Shown here piece by piece: positions 21,463-35,560 of a stretch of DNA of 64,000 bases (the first letter of the stretch is position 1; every line of letters begins with the position of its first letter). The notes under the pieces are model-generated. The model was not told where the DNA came from and did no database searches. It saw nothing but the letters and a program-made list of their open reading frames with translations. The position numbers were made by a program, and so were the translations under genes. The stretch is from Eledone cirrhosa (Eukaryota): positions 125,116,001-125,180,000 of the forward strand of contig OZ024740.1 in NCBI GenBank assembly GCA_964016885.1, in the 5' to 3' direction.

Positions 21463-21662
21463 AATCAGAATGGATGCAGTAAAAATCAGTTAGACCATTA
21501 TTGACCAGAGTACTCGATACTTGGGGTAGTAAAGTGAGTAATATGACAAATTCGGGACTCCTATGACTGAGCTCCTACTATTTCAACTGCCAGATCTGAA
21601 CTGTTCAGATGTAGCTGCAGAAACGACAGGATCACAGCCGTCGGGTTCCCAAATGTTTCTTA
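21463..21662 (-). mobile_element. Diverged copy of hairpin element family P5
   Basis: gacc...agtactcgatacttggggtagtaaagtgagtaata, followed by an imperfect hairpin (about 21543-21662) whose right arm reads GAAACgacaggatcacagccGTCgggttccc. Confidence 0.7.
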
Positions 21663-24554
21663 TATATAAAATTTGAGGAATGATGAAGCAAAAGTATTCC
21701 TAAAATTGCCCAATTCATCTAGCTAAAAACAGGCACCACAAAGTAGTAACAATTTTCTATTCTAAATAGTGTTAAATTTTATTGAATTCAACATCAAATA
21801 TGGGATTAGAAACGTTACTTCATTACACAACCTTTGATCAGATCTCCATTCATCTTGTACTGCTTTCCTCTTCGATCCGGACTCTGATTCTTGATACAGG
21901 CTGGTATGTAATGAGTTGTGTAGCAACTTATTGTATGTCAATCTCTTCACACACACAGGCACCCACAACATGAATATTTTTCTCAGATGGACACAAAAAT
22001 AGAGACCATACAGCCTGTTTATTTATTTATTCGTACAAAACATGAGTATTAAATGCACTTGTGTAGTGGAAGTATGTAGAGCTTTGATCTGTATCTTTAT
22101 GTGTTAAACTGGAGGCTTAAATGCATACTTGGGTTTCACACAATGTATTTCACATAATGACAAATTGGTGATCACAATTCATCTCTATATCAGGCAAATT
22201 GTGTTTAAATGTTTAGTATCACACACACAAGTGCACACGCACACACACACACAAATACATACACACACTCTCTCCCTCTCTCTCAGACCCACAGCTAAAC
22301 AATTAAGTTATTACAACAAACGATCTAACTGACATGAGGTGAAACATTTGGAATACAGGAGTTTATGTTAAAAGTGAAAATAAAATATTTGCTAAAAATT
22401 GGTTGAGTAGAAATTGAAATTTATAGACCCATTGAAAACATGCAATACAAATTAAATGATTATGAAAAAAGTGAAAACAATGATTACCAGGATGATAATA
22501 ATGATGAAAATGACAATAGTCTGACTAAAGCATTTAATAAAGAACAAATGGTTCTTTATGACTTAGAATCCCATGAGAAAAATCATAATACCTAAAGAGA
22601 TTCAACATTTATCGTAAATCTTGTCTCCAAACGTTTAAGATATTTTATTGACATAGCTGACAAATTGTTGTTGATTTTTATCTGAAAATTAAAGAATTCT
22701 CTGACCTTCAGAGTGTGTGATAAAGGAACTCTAGTGATTGTTAAAGTGTCATAGATGGACTGTAGAAAGTATTGGAATTAATAGTATGAAGCGAGTGAAT
22801 TTCGCACAAAATTAAATGACTCCGGTGGGGAAATAAAAATCAGAGAGAATATCATTGGAGTGAATTTATTCTCAGATATAAATGCATATTTAACAACAGT
22901 AAACTTCCCAAATATTAAGTGGAACTTATTGAAATATTTACGAAGGTACATATGTCAGCTGGAAATATCTATAAATATCAAAAAGTTCACCAGAATATTT
23001 TCATGATTAATAAAATGGTTTTAGAAGGTCATAAGTGACAGCTAAAAATTTTATAATTATGGGAAAATGTTCAGAAATAAATTTTCAGACATAGAAATTT
23101 TATGTTTGTAACCCTAGAACATCAACCCAATGGTTTTGTGGTTGTTTTTTTATGTTATTAGAGTTCATTTTGATATTTTCCTATAAAGCACATACACACC
23201 ACATTCACACACCATAAAATTGCAAGATTATTAGTACTAATGAAATAATGGCCATAACTGCTCATACATAGTGGCATATGTTCACTATTCATGCAAACAT
23301 TAAAACAATATTTTCCATGCCAGCAAGGTAGCCTCTATATTATTGTTTTATCTGCTAGAAATCTCAATCAAATCCCCCTCTAATCACACCACTCATATTA
23401 AAAAAAACAGATATTTTAGTCCTAGTTACATTATAACTGAGAAAATAAAATGTGGCATGGTTAGAGCTAGCATAACTTTGATCATAGGTCTTCCCAAACA
23501 AAGCTAGTCTGGCACTAAACAACAACATCAAAAACAATCCTATATATGCTCCCACCTGAACAAATATGAAGGACTCAAAAATCATAGAACTTAAGTTAAA
23601 TAATTCATTAAATTGAGATCAAATGAATTTGTAGGGAACCATTCTATTGCAGAAAGTGTCGAATTGGCAGAGTCATTGGATTAAATTCCTTGTGGTATTT
23701 GTTCAGGCTTTCTGCATTCTGAGTTCAAATCCAGCCATGATCAACTTTGCCTTTTATCCTATTTGATCTGATGAATAAAACAATTGACTATGGTGGTGGG
23801 TTGGAAGATTTATTAGAGAATAAGCTAAAATGCATGGCAACATCTGTTCTGGGTTGGTGTAAACTTTCTTGGTCTATACCAGTGTAATTTACTACCCAGG
23901 ACAGATAAATACTGCATATATGGTAAGTGGAAATGATAGAACATTGGATTAATTGTTACACTGTATTTAGTTTCAGCCTTCTACAATTTGATTTCTGTAG
24001 GAGCAGTAGTATTAGTGTTAGTGGTGGTGATAGTTTTTGCTCTTTTCATTGTTGTTTAGTCTTCGGTAAGCTCTGATTAAAAAGATCTATATTGAAGCAT
24101 TGCAGCCATGAACACCCAATCTTTGATCTAATTTTAATTTCTTGTTGACGTCATTCCAGTTCATTTACGTAAGCAAAAGCATGTTGCCTAGTGTTTAGGG
24201 TGCTGGAAGTACAATCATAATGCTGTGGGTTCGAAGCTATACTTCATTCCACCTTACTTTTCATGATAGGCCTGGGGCATCCTGTGAGATACAACGTCAT
24301 AGCAGATCAGATAAACCAACATAGGTGACAGCAGTATATTTCATTATTCTTATCATTGCTTATATAAGAGATGTATAAAAGCAACAAGTTTCCAGTTCCA
24401 AGGAACTATGTTTCCATTGGCCTTTCCATTGCTAAGGCTATCTGCTGATAGAAGATGGGATTTGAGCTCAAATTACACAAAGCTGGATCAAATACTCCAA
24501 AGCAAGCATCCTCCCTGACAATTTAAGTCTAAAATCTGGCTTAAACCTGGAGAC

Positions 24555-24785
24555 TCATCAGGTTGGTGCCATAAAGCAACTGAGAGCATAAAACTCCCCC
24601 TGGACAGGACTCCAGTCCATCACAGGGTTAAAGCCATAAATATTGCTGGTACTCATTTTCACCTGAGTATGCTGGAGTAATTTGAAATTAAGGGTTTTTC
24701 TCAAGAACACAAAACACAACCTAGTCCAAGAATTGAACCCACAACATTTTGATCCTAAGTCCAACACCCTTACCACTAGGCCATA
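24555..24785 (-). mobile_element. Family B SINE
   Basis: Minus strand: tggcctagtggtaagggtgttggac...ggttcaattc...gttcttgagaaaaacc...aaaatgagtaccagc...taaccctgtgatggactggagtcctgtccagggg. Confidence 0.85.
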
Positions 24786-25472
24786 TCCCTTTACAACACT
24801 TGAACAGTTCTACTAATTCCCCTCATCTAGACTGATACTTTATTTATTGACTCTGAAAAGATAAAAGGCAAAGCTGGCCTCAACAGGATTTGAACTCAGA
24901 ATTCAGGGCACCAGAACATATACTGTAGTAATTAATCTGATGGTCTTATGACTGCCTGTCACATGTCTTGGAAACGTGAATAAGCACCAGCCTGATGAAC
25001 CACAAAGCTTGAGACAAAGTTTAGATTTTTGGCTGTAACATAATGAACAAGGGACATCTGTCATAGTCTCAAGTTCACTGAATATCGGAAATAAAATTTG
25101 GTAGAGAAAAATTGTATGGAAGTTCTGCAGTGAAACTGTTTCAGTCTTTGAGGGTCAGGCTTAACCTGTCACCAAGTTTAATGTTACGACCTGGTCGTAG
25201 GGAGCCATTATTAAAGTACATACTATTTGAAGCTTTTGGGTCAGGTTTACAATTTGAAAATATCTTTATTTCCTTCGTCCTACCAGTCATTGATACAGGA
25301 AAAGTTCATGAGAGCTGCCTTTCCTTCCATGACTGAATAATACATAAAAATATAAGTACAAAGTCTTTTAGATATGTTACTTCCAACAGAGTAACCTTCC
25401 TTACTACTTGGTTATGTCATCTAGTGTTGAATTAATTACCTTTTAACAAACTCTTGTAGTTCTTAGTCATTT

Positions 25473-25473
<1 letters not shown>

Positions 25474-25525
<52 letters not shown>
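25474..25525. repeat. (CTA)n microsatellite
   Basis: About 17 perfect units. Confidence 0.95.
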
Positions 25526-25526
<1 letters not shown>

Positions 25527-26630
25527 CAATAAGGGTGATGGTGATGATGATAATGTTTCACTTCTATTTCCAATGAATGGTAACGTTAACAGTGAGGATA
25601 GGAATTCGACAAATATCAACTGATTCTACTAAACTATAACCAGAGGCATAACTAAATTGTTAGATGTTTATTCAAAGAATATACTTTGTTGCTTTTATTG
25701 TTGCTTATGTTGTTATTGCTATCATTGTTGCTGTTGCATTTTTCTTTTTCCTTTTATTTATTTTTTGTTTTAACTTCTATGTGCTCCCACATTTCTGAAA
25801 CAATTTAATACTGGGAAGTAAGAAGTGATGTAATTCAGCTGTCAATCTTAAGAGCCGTCAATCTTATGAATAGCTGGTTCTCTGTTTGATATTTTAAAGA
25901 CATAATAGTTTGGTTTCTTAACCTTAGACTATTGTGGATGGAAATGATTTCAGCTCACTTTACATCGTTGTTATTATTGTTTATGTTTCTTGTTTTATAT
26001 ATTTTCTTTTCTCTCTTCTAGATCCTTTTGATGGTTTTTTTCCATTCTTTGCAAAGAATGCAGATCTATAATAACAATTTCTAAATTAAGAAATGAGCTA
26101 GCCCCCTATAAATACTCCTAGGCTTATACTGCCTAACTGTTGTATAAATTCGCAATAATATCTTTCTTGGCAGTGATTTATAGTTTAATTTGACATTTTT
26201 TGTTGAGATCTATAACAACTGAAGTTTGATTAGTTAGAAAAGAACAGAGAAAAGTAAAAATAACAGAAACAAACAGAAGAGAAAGAAAAAGGAGAAGATG
26301 AAGAAGGGTGAAAAAAGAGAAGATGCAGAATAAAGAGGCATACGAGGAGAAGGAGGAGGAAGAGAGGAGAAAATGAATGATGATGATGATGATGGTGAGG
26401 AGGAGGAAGTCTCCTGTTTAGAGCTCTAGGAAATAATAAATCATTTTATGGTATAGCAAATATTCTAATGGGATCAACCATTTTCAAAGTAGAAAGCCGT
26501 TTCAGTCATAGAAAAAAAAGACAAAGTCTTTATTGAAAAGTTCCATAGTAAAACTGCAAAATAAAAATACGCTATAAAAGTAATTGTGCAGCTAAACTGA
26601 GAATTCAACTCTTACCAATATTTCATTAAA

Positions 26631-26960
<330 letters not shown>

Positions 26961-28240
26961 TGGAAAATGAGGTTGTTAAAACAGTGATAAACACCCACAT
27001 GTATGCATTCATGTTTGTACATATGTACATATATATGATAGTGTTCTCACATTGCAAATGACACACCTGTGTTTAATAGACTATAAACATGGGAAGTATG
27101 CCATTTAAAGACTAGTAGAGTGAACAACAGTAGTGAAACTACCCGTATGATGTATGAGTGTGATTAACAAACAGCTATATATGAACATAAACGTGGATGA
27201 GAACATCAGCTTATTTCGCTTTCACTATATAATGTGTGACAAACTACCTACAGAAAGAAATTGTTTGAAGTGGATTGTGCACAGTTCTTCATACACATAT
27301 GTTCCACTAATAAAGCTGTATGGGGGGATGGATATGTATCAAAAATATTTTGGAGTGTACAACCTTCATCAATGGGTTTGAGCTACTACTGCTACACATT
27401 AACATCCTAGATCAAATCACCCCCAAATAGATATTCAACACTTCAGTCATCAAAACACATCAAACACTAACCTAGTGTTTCTTGTGACTGTATCTTTTAG
27501 AATTCTACAATACCTTCAACAGTTTTGGACTAGTTACCGACATATTGTCTTTAACTACAAATTCTCCCTTACTTCCATTGTTTTCATTTAGATCCTAGAT
27601 CTCACACTAAACAGTTCAGCTAGTCCTTCTTCCTCACAGTTGTAACTACATGGGATTTCCTCTCCACGTATGCTTTTCATACTGATGTTTACTATGAACA
27701 TCAACTACAAAATTCTATTAGTCTCAAGCAGTTTGCAAAGACCATTGACAGAGCCACTTCTGATCTGCTTATATAACAAAAGATATAGAGGTGAGAAACT
27801 CTCAGGAGAGCTGGACTGCAGAAGGTCTTTAGAGAATAAACCCCACTCAAGCAATTGTATCAGCAAAGAAACAGATTCAATTCAGAACCTCATTTTTTAG
27901 TATTCATCTTAGTTGAAACGAACCAGGCTAATTGATTTTAGAGAAGCTGGCTTTTACTGAGTAAGATGGTAAGATAGATTCTAGAAATATTGAGTCGCGC
28001 TTTGTGTGTTGAAATTCATATTTGTATATAATTACTAATATGGATTAATTAGATCTATGTTACAGTAAATTAGTGTTTAATTCCAGAGCATTCTTCACTC
28101 CAGTCAGATACAGCCACATCTTTACATATATGAAGGACTCCATTTTGCAATGCATTATTTTTTCTAAGATGATAAAATAGTATTTGAGAAATAATTGGCT
28201 CCTATTCCTAGAAAGTCAAGTAGTAGTAGTAGTAGTAGTA

Positions 28241-28600
28241 GGTGGATTGGTAGTTTTGTTAAAACATTGGACAACATGCTTTGTGGCGAATAGTTATGTC
28301 CCCTTACATTCTGAGTTCAAATCCTGCTGAGGTTAGTTTTGTCTTTCATCTTTACAAGGTTGTTAAAATAAAGTACCAGTAAGACACTGGGGTCCATTTA
28401 ATTGACCTTCCCTTCTCCCATAATTGTTGGTCTTATGCCTAAATCAGAAACCATTATTAGTAGTTATGGCCCTTACCATTCTGAGTTCAAATCCCGCCGA
28501 GGTTAACTTTGCCTTTCATCCTTATGGGGTCGAAAAAATAAAGTACCAGTAATACACTGGTTTTTTGCTGGCCTTGTGCCAAAAGTAGAAACAATTATTA
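28241..28600 (+). mobile_element. Two tandem family A SINEs (second 5'-truncated)
   Basis: ttctgagttcaaatcc...tttcatc...aaaataaagtaccagtaa occurs twice (about 28310 and 28480). Confidence 0.85.
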
Positions 28601-29659
28601 GTAGTAGTCATGGTGGTGGTGGTGGTGGTAGCAGTTTTCTGTTGTGATGTATGTACATACATGGTTGTCATGGCACCATATACCACACAATAAATCTGAC
28701 ATTTGTACAACTGTACATTCCTAGAAGAGAGGGTGGTATGGAACTATTAAGCATCAGAGAGAAAGATAAGGTAGTCCATGTTGACCACAGCTTTCTACTC
28801 ACAAGAAGGCTTATTATGTTATCATTTAAAAACCATAGCAAATTGATTACATCCTGAACAATTAAACTGATACAAGAAATTTGGTGTCAGGAAAACACCT
28901 CAGGAACATGGAGGTGCTCTTGATGGTGCAGTAGAAGCTTCTGCATAATTACTGAAATTATGATGATAAAAATGACAATAATAACAATAATAATGGCCAT
29001 CATCATCATTTTAACATCTGCTTTCTCTGCTAGAAAGGATTGGATCAGTTTACATAAACCAAGTCAGTCCTGAAGTAGGGCTACTGATCTCCTGGACAGG
29101 TCAGGGATCTGAATTTCGCTTATATACAGTTTTGCTCTACCAAGTGCACAGGAGAGTTTGTCTTGTCTTTAACAGGGCTGAGGGTTCTCCCAACCCTTTG
29201 TTTGTCAAGCTGGGATGAAAAACATTAAAGAAAATACAAATAAACAAGAACAGTGGGGAGTTATGTAGAACGGGTAAACAAAAATAAAGTAACAGCAAAT
29301 TAAAATGGAATTCTTTAGTTGGGGAGCACTATCCAGGAGCAATTAATGAACCCCACAGACCCAGGATTACCCTGATCCCTACAAACACCATACACAATCG
29401 CTGTTTTCTTATCTATTCTCTTCAGTCTACAGGTACATGCTTAAAATCAGCTCATTCACTTGGGTCCTTTTCACTGCATTTATCCAAAAATATACGTACA
29501 TATATACGTAAATATATATGAACAAAATAGACTGGGGAGCAGCACTTTCTTCTCCACCCTACCCATACCATATTTTCTAAGTGGAAGTTGAAGAGGGTTT
29601 GGCAAGTGAGAAATGTGACAACCTCTTTTGTCATAGCCACCAGACAGTATAACAATAAT

Positions 29660-29895
29660 AATAATGGTTATTATTTCTAATATTGAAACCAAGCCAGTAA
29701 TTTCAGGAGAAAGGAAAAGCTAGTTATATTGCCCCCAGTTTATGACTGGTGTTTGGTACTTTATTTTAGCGGCCTTGAAAAGTTGAAATGCAAAGTTAAC
29801 CTCATTGTGATTTGAATTCAGGATGCAAAAAGCTGGAATAAATACCGCAAAGTGTTTTGTCCAATGTTCTAACAATTTTGCCAATTCTGCCAAAA
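29660..29895 (-). mobile_element. Family A-type SINE
   Basis: Minus strand: ggcagaattggcaaaattgttagaacattggac...ctgaattcaaatc...gttaactttgcatttc...aaaataaagtacc. Confidence 0.75.
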
Positions 29896-31153
29896 ATATT
29901 ACTACTAATAATAATAACAACAACAACCTTGCACATTCCCAAGGTGCGGAGAGCTGTATGGTGAATCTACAGTGAAAGCACGCAATAAAACTAAAACTGA
30001 AATAATGGATTTGCTTCAAAATGAAAACTTTTTTCTTTTTCTTTAAAATGACAGTATAATATTTATATGTAGATTACTCATGAAAATCCCCATTACCAAC
30101 CCTCAACCTCCACAGCCAAACTATTAACTAGCATCCCCGTTTCTATTTGTATAAAACTTTAGATACAAATCTATAATTAAATTTCAAATATTCCACTATT
30201 CAGGAAGGAATTTGGAGACTTAAATAATAAAATAAGGTAAACAGTAAAATTAATAAATATATAAATAAAATGAATTTAAAAAATCAAATATGATTAAGTC
30301 AATAAATAAATAAAACAAATGAAATAGCATGAAATTTAAAAAAGAAATTAATATTTTGAAAATTTTTCTGAAAATTTGTCACAAGGAAATGAAACAATTG
30401 GAAAATTATATTATATTGATAATAAGAAAAAAGAAACAGTAAAGAAAACTGCAATTAATAAGGAAAAAGAAATTTTAAAAAGTGATTTGGAAGCTAATGA
30501 GAAATCAATTTTACAATTAACCACATATACACATCCAACCCCACCTTTTTATTTTAATATCAATGCACATTTATGACACTCTTTCCAACTAATTATCTGT
30601 CAGGGTTTCAATTGATTATAATTGAGAAATGGTGAAGCATATTACGATCACCAACAACGCTAACAAAACCATCACCTGACAAATATCATCAGCAAAATAA
30701 TTGTCATCATCATTATTGCCATCATAATCATGATAAATACTCACCTCTTACAACTCCCATCTACACCATTTTTACTACTACTATAATCATCATTTGCAAT
30801 AATGGTGATTATATGTTTAAAATTCATCTGACACTCCTTTATACCATCCTTTTCCCCTCCCCTATACCTCCCTTCTTGTACAAATCATATAATATTCTTT
30901 AAAATGCTTGGTTAGCATTATCATATACTGATGGCAATATATTTAAAATTTCACCTTCTCTCTCAATACTCACTGTCTCTATGATCTCTTCTTTTTATTT
31001 CTTACTCAAAGTCAGCAGAGGAAGGAAAAAAGAACAGTACTCATAACTAATGCTTTTGAAGGGGTTTAATGACTGGCTGAGAAAGCAATAGAGAAATCAT
31101 GACCAATGGTATGCAACAGTAAGAAGCATTGCCCTATTATATGAAGTGATGTA

Positions 31154-31649
31154 CCATATATACTCGAAAAATATAAGCCAAAAAATGTAAGATAAAACAA
31201 TTAATGGGAAAATGGATGGTCAGCTTATATTCGAGGTCAATATGTTGCTGATTTTCACCAACTTAAATTTTTTTCAGAAATGAAGTCCTAAAATACTTTC
31301 GATTTGGAGGTCAATGTGACACTGGTTTTATTTTGAAGGGAAATATAACACTGGTTTCACTTTTGACATGAAATTTGTTTTTTCTTTAGTTTTTTTTTAT
31401 ATGAATGGCAATTGGAAATTGGTAAAAATATCATTACACAATGGAGTTCTGAAACAAAAACTATTCTCTAAACAACACTTAAAACATTTTAAATATCAAA
31501 ATATAAAAACTTCATAAATATATTCTCCACTCATGAGAAATTCAAAGTCACACCAACTAAGCATTTTGTATTGATTAGCTCTGTTGAATTTTTGTTTATT
31601 TCTCACATATAAAATAAGGGTCAGGTCAGTTTAAATTTGAGTATTATGG
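31154..31649. mobile_element. TcMar (Tc2/pogo-like) MITE
   Basis: TA|ccatatatactcgaaaaatataagcc at the left end and degenerate complement tttaaatttgagtattatgg|TA at the right end. Internal gcttatattcgag repeat. Confidence 0.55.
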
Positions 31650-32461
31650 TATTCTCAAACCTGGTCTGCGTGTACACAACAGAGTGGATTTTAATAAAAG
31701 TATCACAAGGCCAAATGGTGGTGTTGAAACAGATAACGGATTACGTTTACCACCCAAGAACAAGAACAGTTCATCCAGTGAGTTCCTGCATGGTTACAAT
31801 TTACTCAATTTGATTCATGAGACTTGAGTCAACCTGAAGCTATAAAAGGCATGTGTTCAAGGTGCTGTATAATGAAATCAAATGTGGAACCAGGTAACTG
31901 GGAGGTGAAATTCTTAACCATATGGCCATCCCTAGATAATGTAATGATTATTTTGTCAGAATACAAGCAAATATTTTTTATTGTTTTTACGCCTAAAAAT
32001 TTGCTAATCATAGATGATTATCCTTTGATAAAATAGGCACTATCAATTAGACATCATAATATTAATTATTCAACATGAAAAATTAACCTTCCACTAAAAA
32101 ATATGACGATAATTTCTGTTATGATATTACATTTTGAAATCAAACCGTGCTGAATTCAACTTTACCTTCATACTTACAAGGTCAGTGAAATAAGAATTCC
32201 TCAAGTACTATTTGTTAGAAATGAATATATTTGAAAGTCTGATGCTAGTTAAGCTATAAGAAATGTGGTGTACTATCCAAAGGGTTGATAGTTTATATAC
32301 TGCTGTTGACTATCACTGGCAAATATAATTACTGCTAAGTGAATATATCCAATTATAGGTAAAAAAACAGCACAATTCATTAATGTAGATAGTGGAGAGT
32401 GTATTAGTGATAAGAGTTTCACAAGTTCGCAACACTGAGCTGCCATTATCTTGTGGGCAAA

Positions 32462-33370
32462 CACAGAGGAAGTTCCAAACATCGAAGCATGACCTTGAAT
32501 CAAAAGGCCTTAGTGTCAACTTGTCTAATACTAAGGTTCTAGTATGTAGAAAGGAGAATAGAGCACAGATACCCTCTGGGAAATGGCCATGCTCAGTGTG
32601 TAAGAAAGGAGTAGGCAGAAACTTCATTCTATGTCCCAAACACAAACTATGGGTACATAAAAGATGTAGTGGGATGAGAGGTAAGCTATCTAAGAATGTA
32701 GATTTTATATGTGGCCAATGTTCAGGTGCAGTAAGTAGCAAGGGCCCACTGGATGATATCTCCTTCAACTACCCAGATGGTTCTATAGAAATAGTAGACA
32801 CCTTCCGTTACCTGTGTGACAAAATCAGTAGTGGATGAGGGTGCTCTGAAAGTGTAGTAGCCAGAGTTAGAACGGGATGAAAAAAGTTCAGAGAGCTTAT
32901 ACCGCTGTTGGCCACAAGGTGTTTTTCTCTAAAAATGAAAGGCAGATTGTATGATGCATGTATACGAACAGTGATATTAGATGGTAATGAGACTTGGGCA
33001 TTGTGTGCATAGATTAGAAAGAAATGAAGCTTGCATGCTCCGGTGGATGTGTAATAGTAATGTGCGCGAAAGGCGAAGCATAAACAAACTAAAAGGGAAA
33101 CTAAGCATAAGAAGTATCAAATGTTGAGTTCTGGAGAGGAGATTGTGTTGGTATGGACATGTGATGCGTATGAAGGACGACAGCTGTATAAAAATGTGTA
33201 GGGCAATGAAAATTGATGGAAGCTGCGGAGTGGGTAGACCAAGAAAAACCTGGGACGAGGTGATAAAAACTGACCTTGCCCACCTACACTTCTCTAAGAC
33301 AATGACACTGGATCAAATGGAACACAATTGTCTAGCATGGAAGATGGACGTTAAACGATGATGATAATGA
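32462..33370 (+). mobile_element. RTE LINE 3' fragment (copy 3)
   Basis: KFQTSKHDLESKGLSVNLSNTKVLVC...GKWPCSVCKKGVG...WYGHVMRM...GRPRKTW; ends ggacgttaaacgatgatgataatga. Confidence 0.93.
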
Positions 33371-33409
33371 GACCTCAAAAACTGAAGATTGGAAAGCTAG
33401 AGTAAAGGC

Positions 33410-33900
33410 ACATGACATAGTAGTTAGGGTGCTAGACACATGATTATAGTAGCATGGGTATGATTCCTGGACTGAGTGGTGTGTTGTATTCCTGAACAAG
33501 ACACTTTATTTCACACAGCTCTTCAGGATATGACTGGGGACCCTATCATTAAAACAATTTAGAATCCTCCCATGAGATACAACCTTATATCAGTACAAGT
33601 TGTACATTTCATTTCATTTCATTTTCTGAAGGATGGGTGAATTAAACAATAATTCAATTAACAGTTAAGTTAAAGTCTGTTATAAGCCAAAGGTTCATCA
33701 GGCCAGTGCTTATCCTTGGTGTTAAGCAACTGAAAGTAGAAAACTCTCTGAGGATAGGATGCCGGTCTCTCACAGGTTTAACTCTCCAGCTTCTGCTGGT
33801 ACTCATTCTTAGGTGAATGTACTGGAGTAATGGTGAAATAAAGTGTATTGCTGAAGAAGACAGTGGAGAAGTCTATCATTAGGCTATGTGCATTCAACTA
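33410..33900. mobile_element. Family B SINE remnants (+ at about 33410-33520, - at about 33675-33900)
   Basis: tagtagttagggtgctagac...gtgttgtattcctgaacaagacactttatttcac, and an inverse copy with ctggtactcatt...tgtactggagtaatggtgaaataaagtg. Confidence 0.6.
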
Positions 33901-34369
33901 ACAGTCCCCTCTTTATTTCATACACAACTCCCTAGCTATCAATAACTTCATTTATTCATTTTTTAAATTATTTCATTTCACATTATGTGAATACAATTAT
34001 TTCATTTCACATTATGTGAATACCAATATTTTGTGCTATAAATTTGTAAATATCCAATGGATCGGTTAGGGGCTCACAATATTTAAAATGTCAAGCATAT
34101 TCTAACCTTTGCTAAGTGATCTTACTAACAATGATTAGAAAAAATATAGGATCTTTACATGCAGACATCATACAGCCTTATGTTTATAGAAATAAATATG
34201 TTGTTGTAAACAGAGGCAATAGCTCTCTGATCATTCTCTTGTTGCTACTATACATTCAAAGCAACATCCAACACTGCTAATTGAGTCACCTAGGTAACAG
34301 AAGCTATCAACTACTTGTGTTTCTATGGTAGGAACATTTTTTCAAATTCACACACAAATTCGACAAACT

Positions 34370-35560
34370 AGGTTGTCAGCATACAGCATTCCCATGGACA
34401 GCTGGTTTTAAACTCCTCTTTTATGACCTGGAGGTTGAGGACTATGCTCTCTTTTACATCTACCTTCACATTGAATCCCTCATTCTCAATTTCACCAGCC
34501 ACAAAGTGAACATGGTTTGCACACCTCTCTCAAATCAATTATCTACCTCCAAATTTCTTAAAAAACACCAAATATCAAATCATGAAACTGACAAATGCCT
34601 TCTCTAAATCAATGAAAGCTAGATACAGTATCTTACACTTGACTAGGAACTATTGTAGTTGTCACACTAAGAAGAAGCCACCTGTAGTGCATCTTCATGT
34701 CACAAAACCAAACTACATCTTATCTAATTTAACCCTATCCCTAATTATTTGTGCTAAAACAGTTTCTGTCACTTTCATGACATCATCCACTGTTGTTGCT
34801 TCTCATTAGAGGAGCCTCCTTTTCCTTGTAACAATTAATGATTAAATTGTTACTGAAGTCATTGGACATGATACAATAGTGCATATTACCTGATTGACTA
34901 TGCAGGTGACTATCTCAACTCCTACTTCACCAGATGATTTCAGCATCTGCCTGATTGCTCCTTTGATCTTGTATCCACACCCTGTAGAGCTTTTCTGAAC
35001 TTATATTTAACAGAGAGGTCTTTTAGCTTTCATGCCTAACATCTTCAGATATTCTGGCATGTCTGATATTTTCTAGTTCTGATTCAGACATTACTGATGA
35101 GTTACGTATGTTGATTGACATGATATTCTCCAGGAAAGGCCTTTGCATTCATGACCATATGCCTACTCTGTTTTCAAATAAGCAAGAGGTTAATCTGTGC
35201 ACTCAACTAATAGGTAGGTGACTAATTGGCTAGTTGATTTCTTAGTGTAGCAATATGTCATTTGCAACAATGAATTCTAGGTGTTTGCTCCTTCTTAATT
35301 TTTTGAGCTGCATCTGTAGCCAATATGTAATACTAAATAACCATTTTGGTGTAGACCACACGACCACTGAAGTGACAAGCCAGAAGGATGAAGTCAGTAT
35401 CATCTTTTGTTGAGGTTATTTATAAGCCTTCCTCATAGAAATGGACATTTTCTTTATTCAGTCCTTCCTGGCTTTGGCAGATAACAGATAAATTGACATT
35501 CTATTAACTATGACCAATGTGAGCTTGTTACTCATAGCATTTACTTTATTTATCAACTTC
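34370..35560 (-). mobile_element. Old, highly degenerate RTE LINE
   Basis: Minus-strand peptides EEFKTSCPWEC (about 34385-34420) and LAFIDLEKAF (about 34590-34625), with traces of APE toward 35500. Confidence 0.75.

Noticed and set aside
22560-23050. Faint Tc1-like peptides (KRVNFAQ, HWSEFI)
   Set aside because: Too degenerate; no TIRs or catalytic triad found.
24550-25020. CTGATGA motifs at about 24555 (-), 24992, 33695 (-), 39627, 39911 and 40694 as further hammerheads
   Set aside because: No correctly placed GAAA or stem I/III pairing; they belong to SINE tails or the satellite.
25100-25340. Possible exon in a unique, higher-complexity stretch
   Set aside because: All minus-strand frames after the candidate acceptor stop quickly and no protein family is recognisable.
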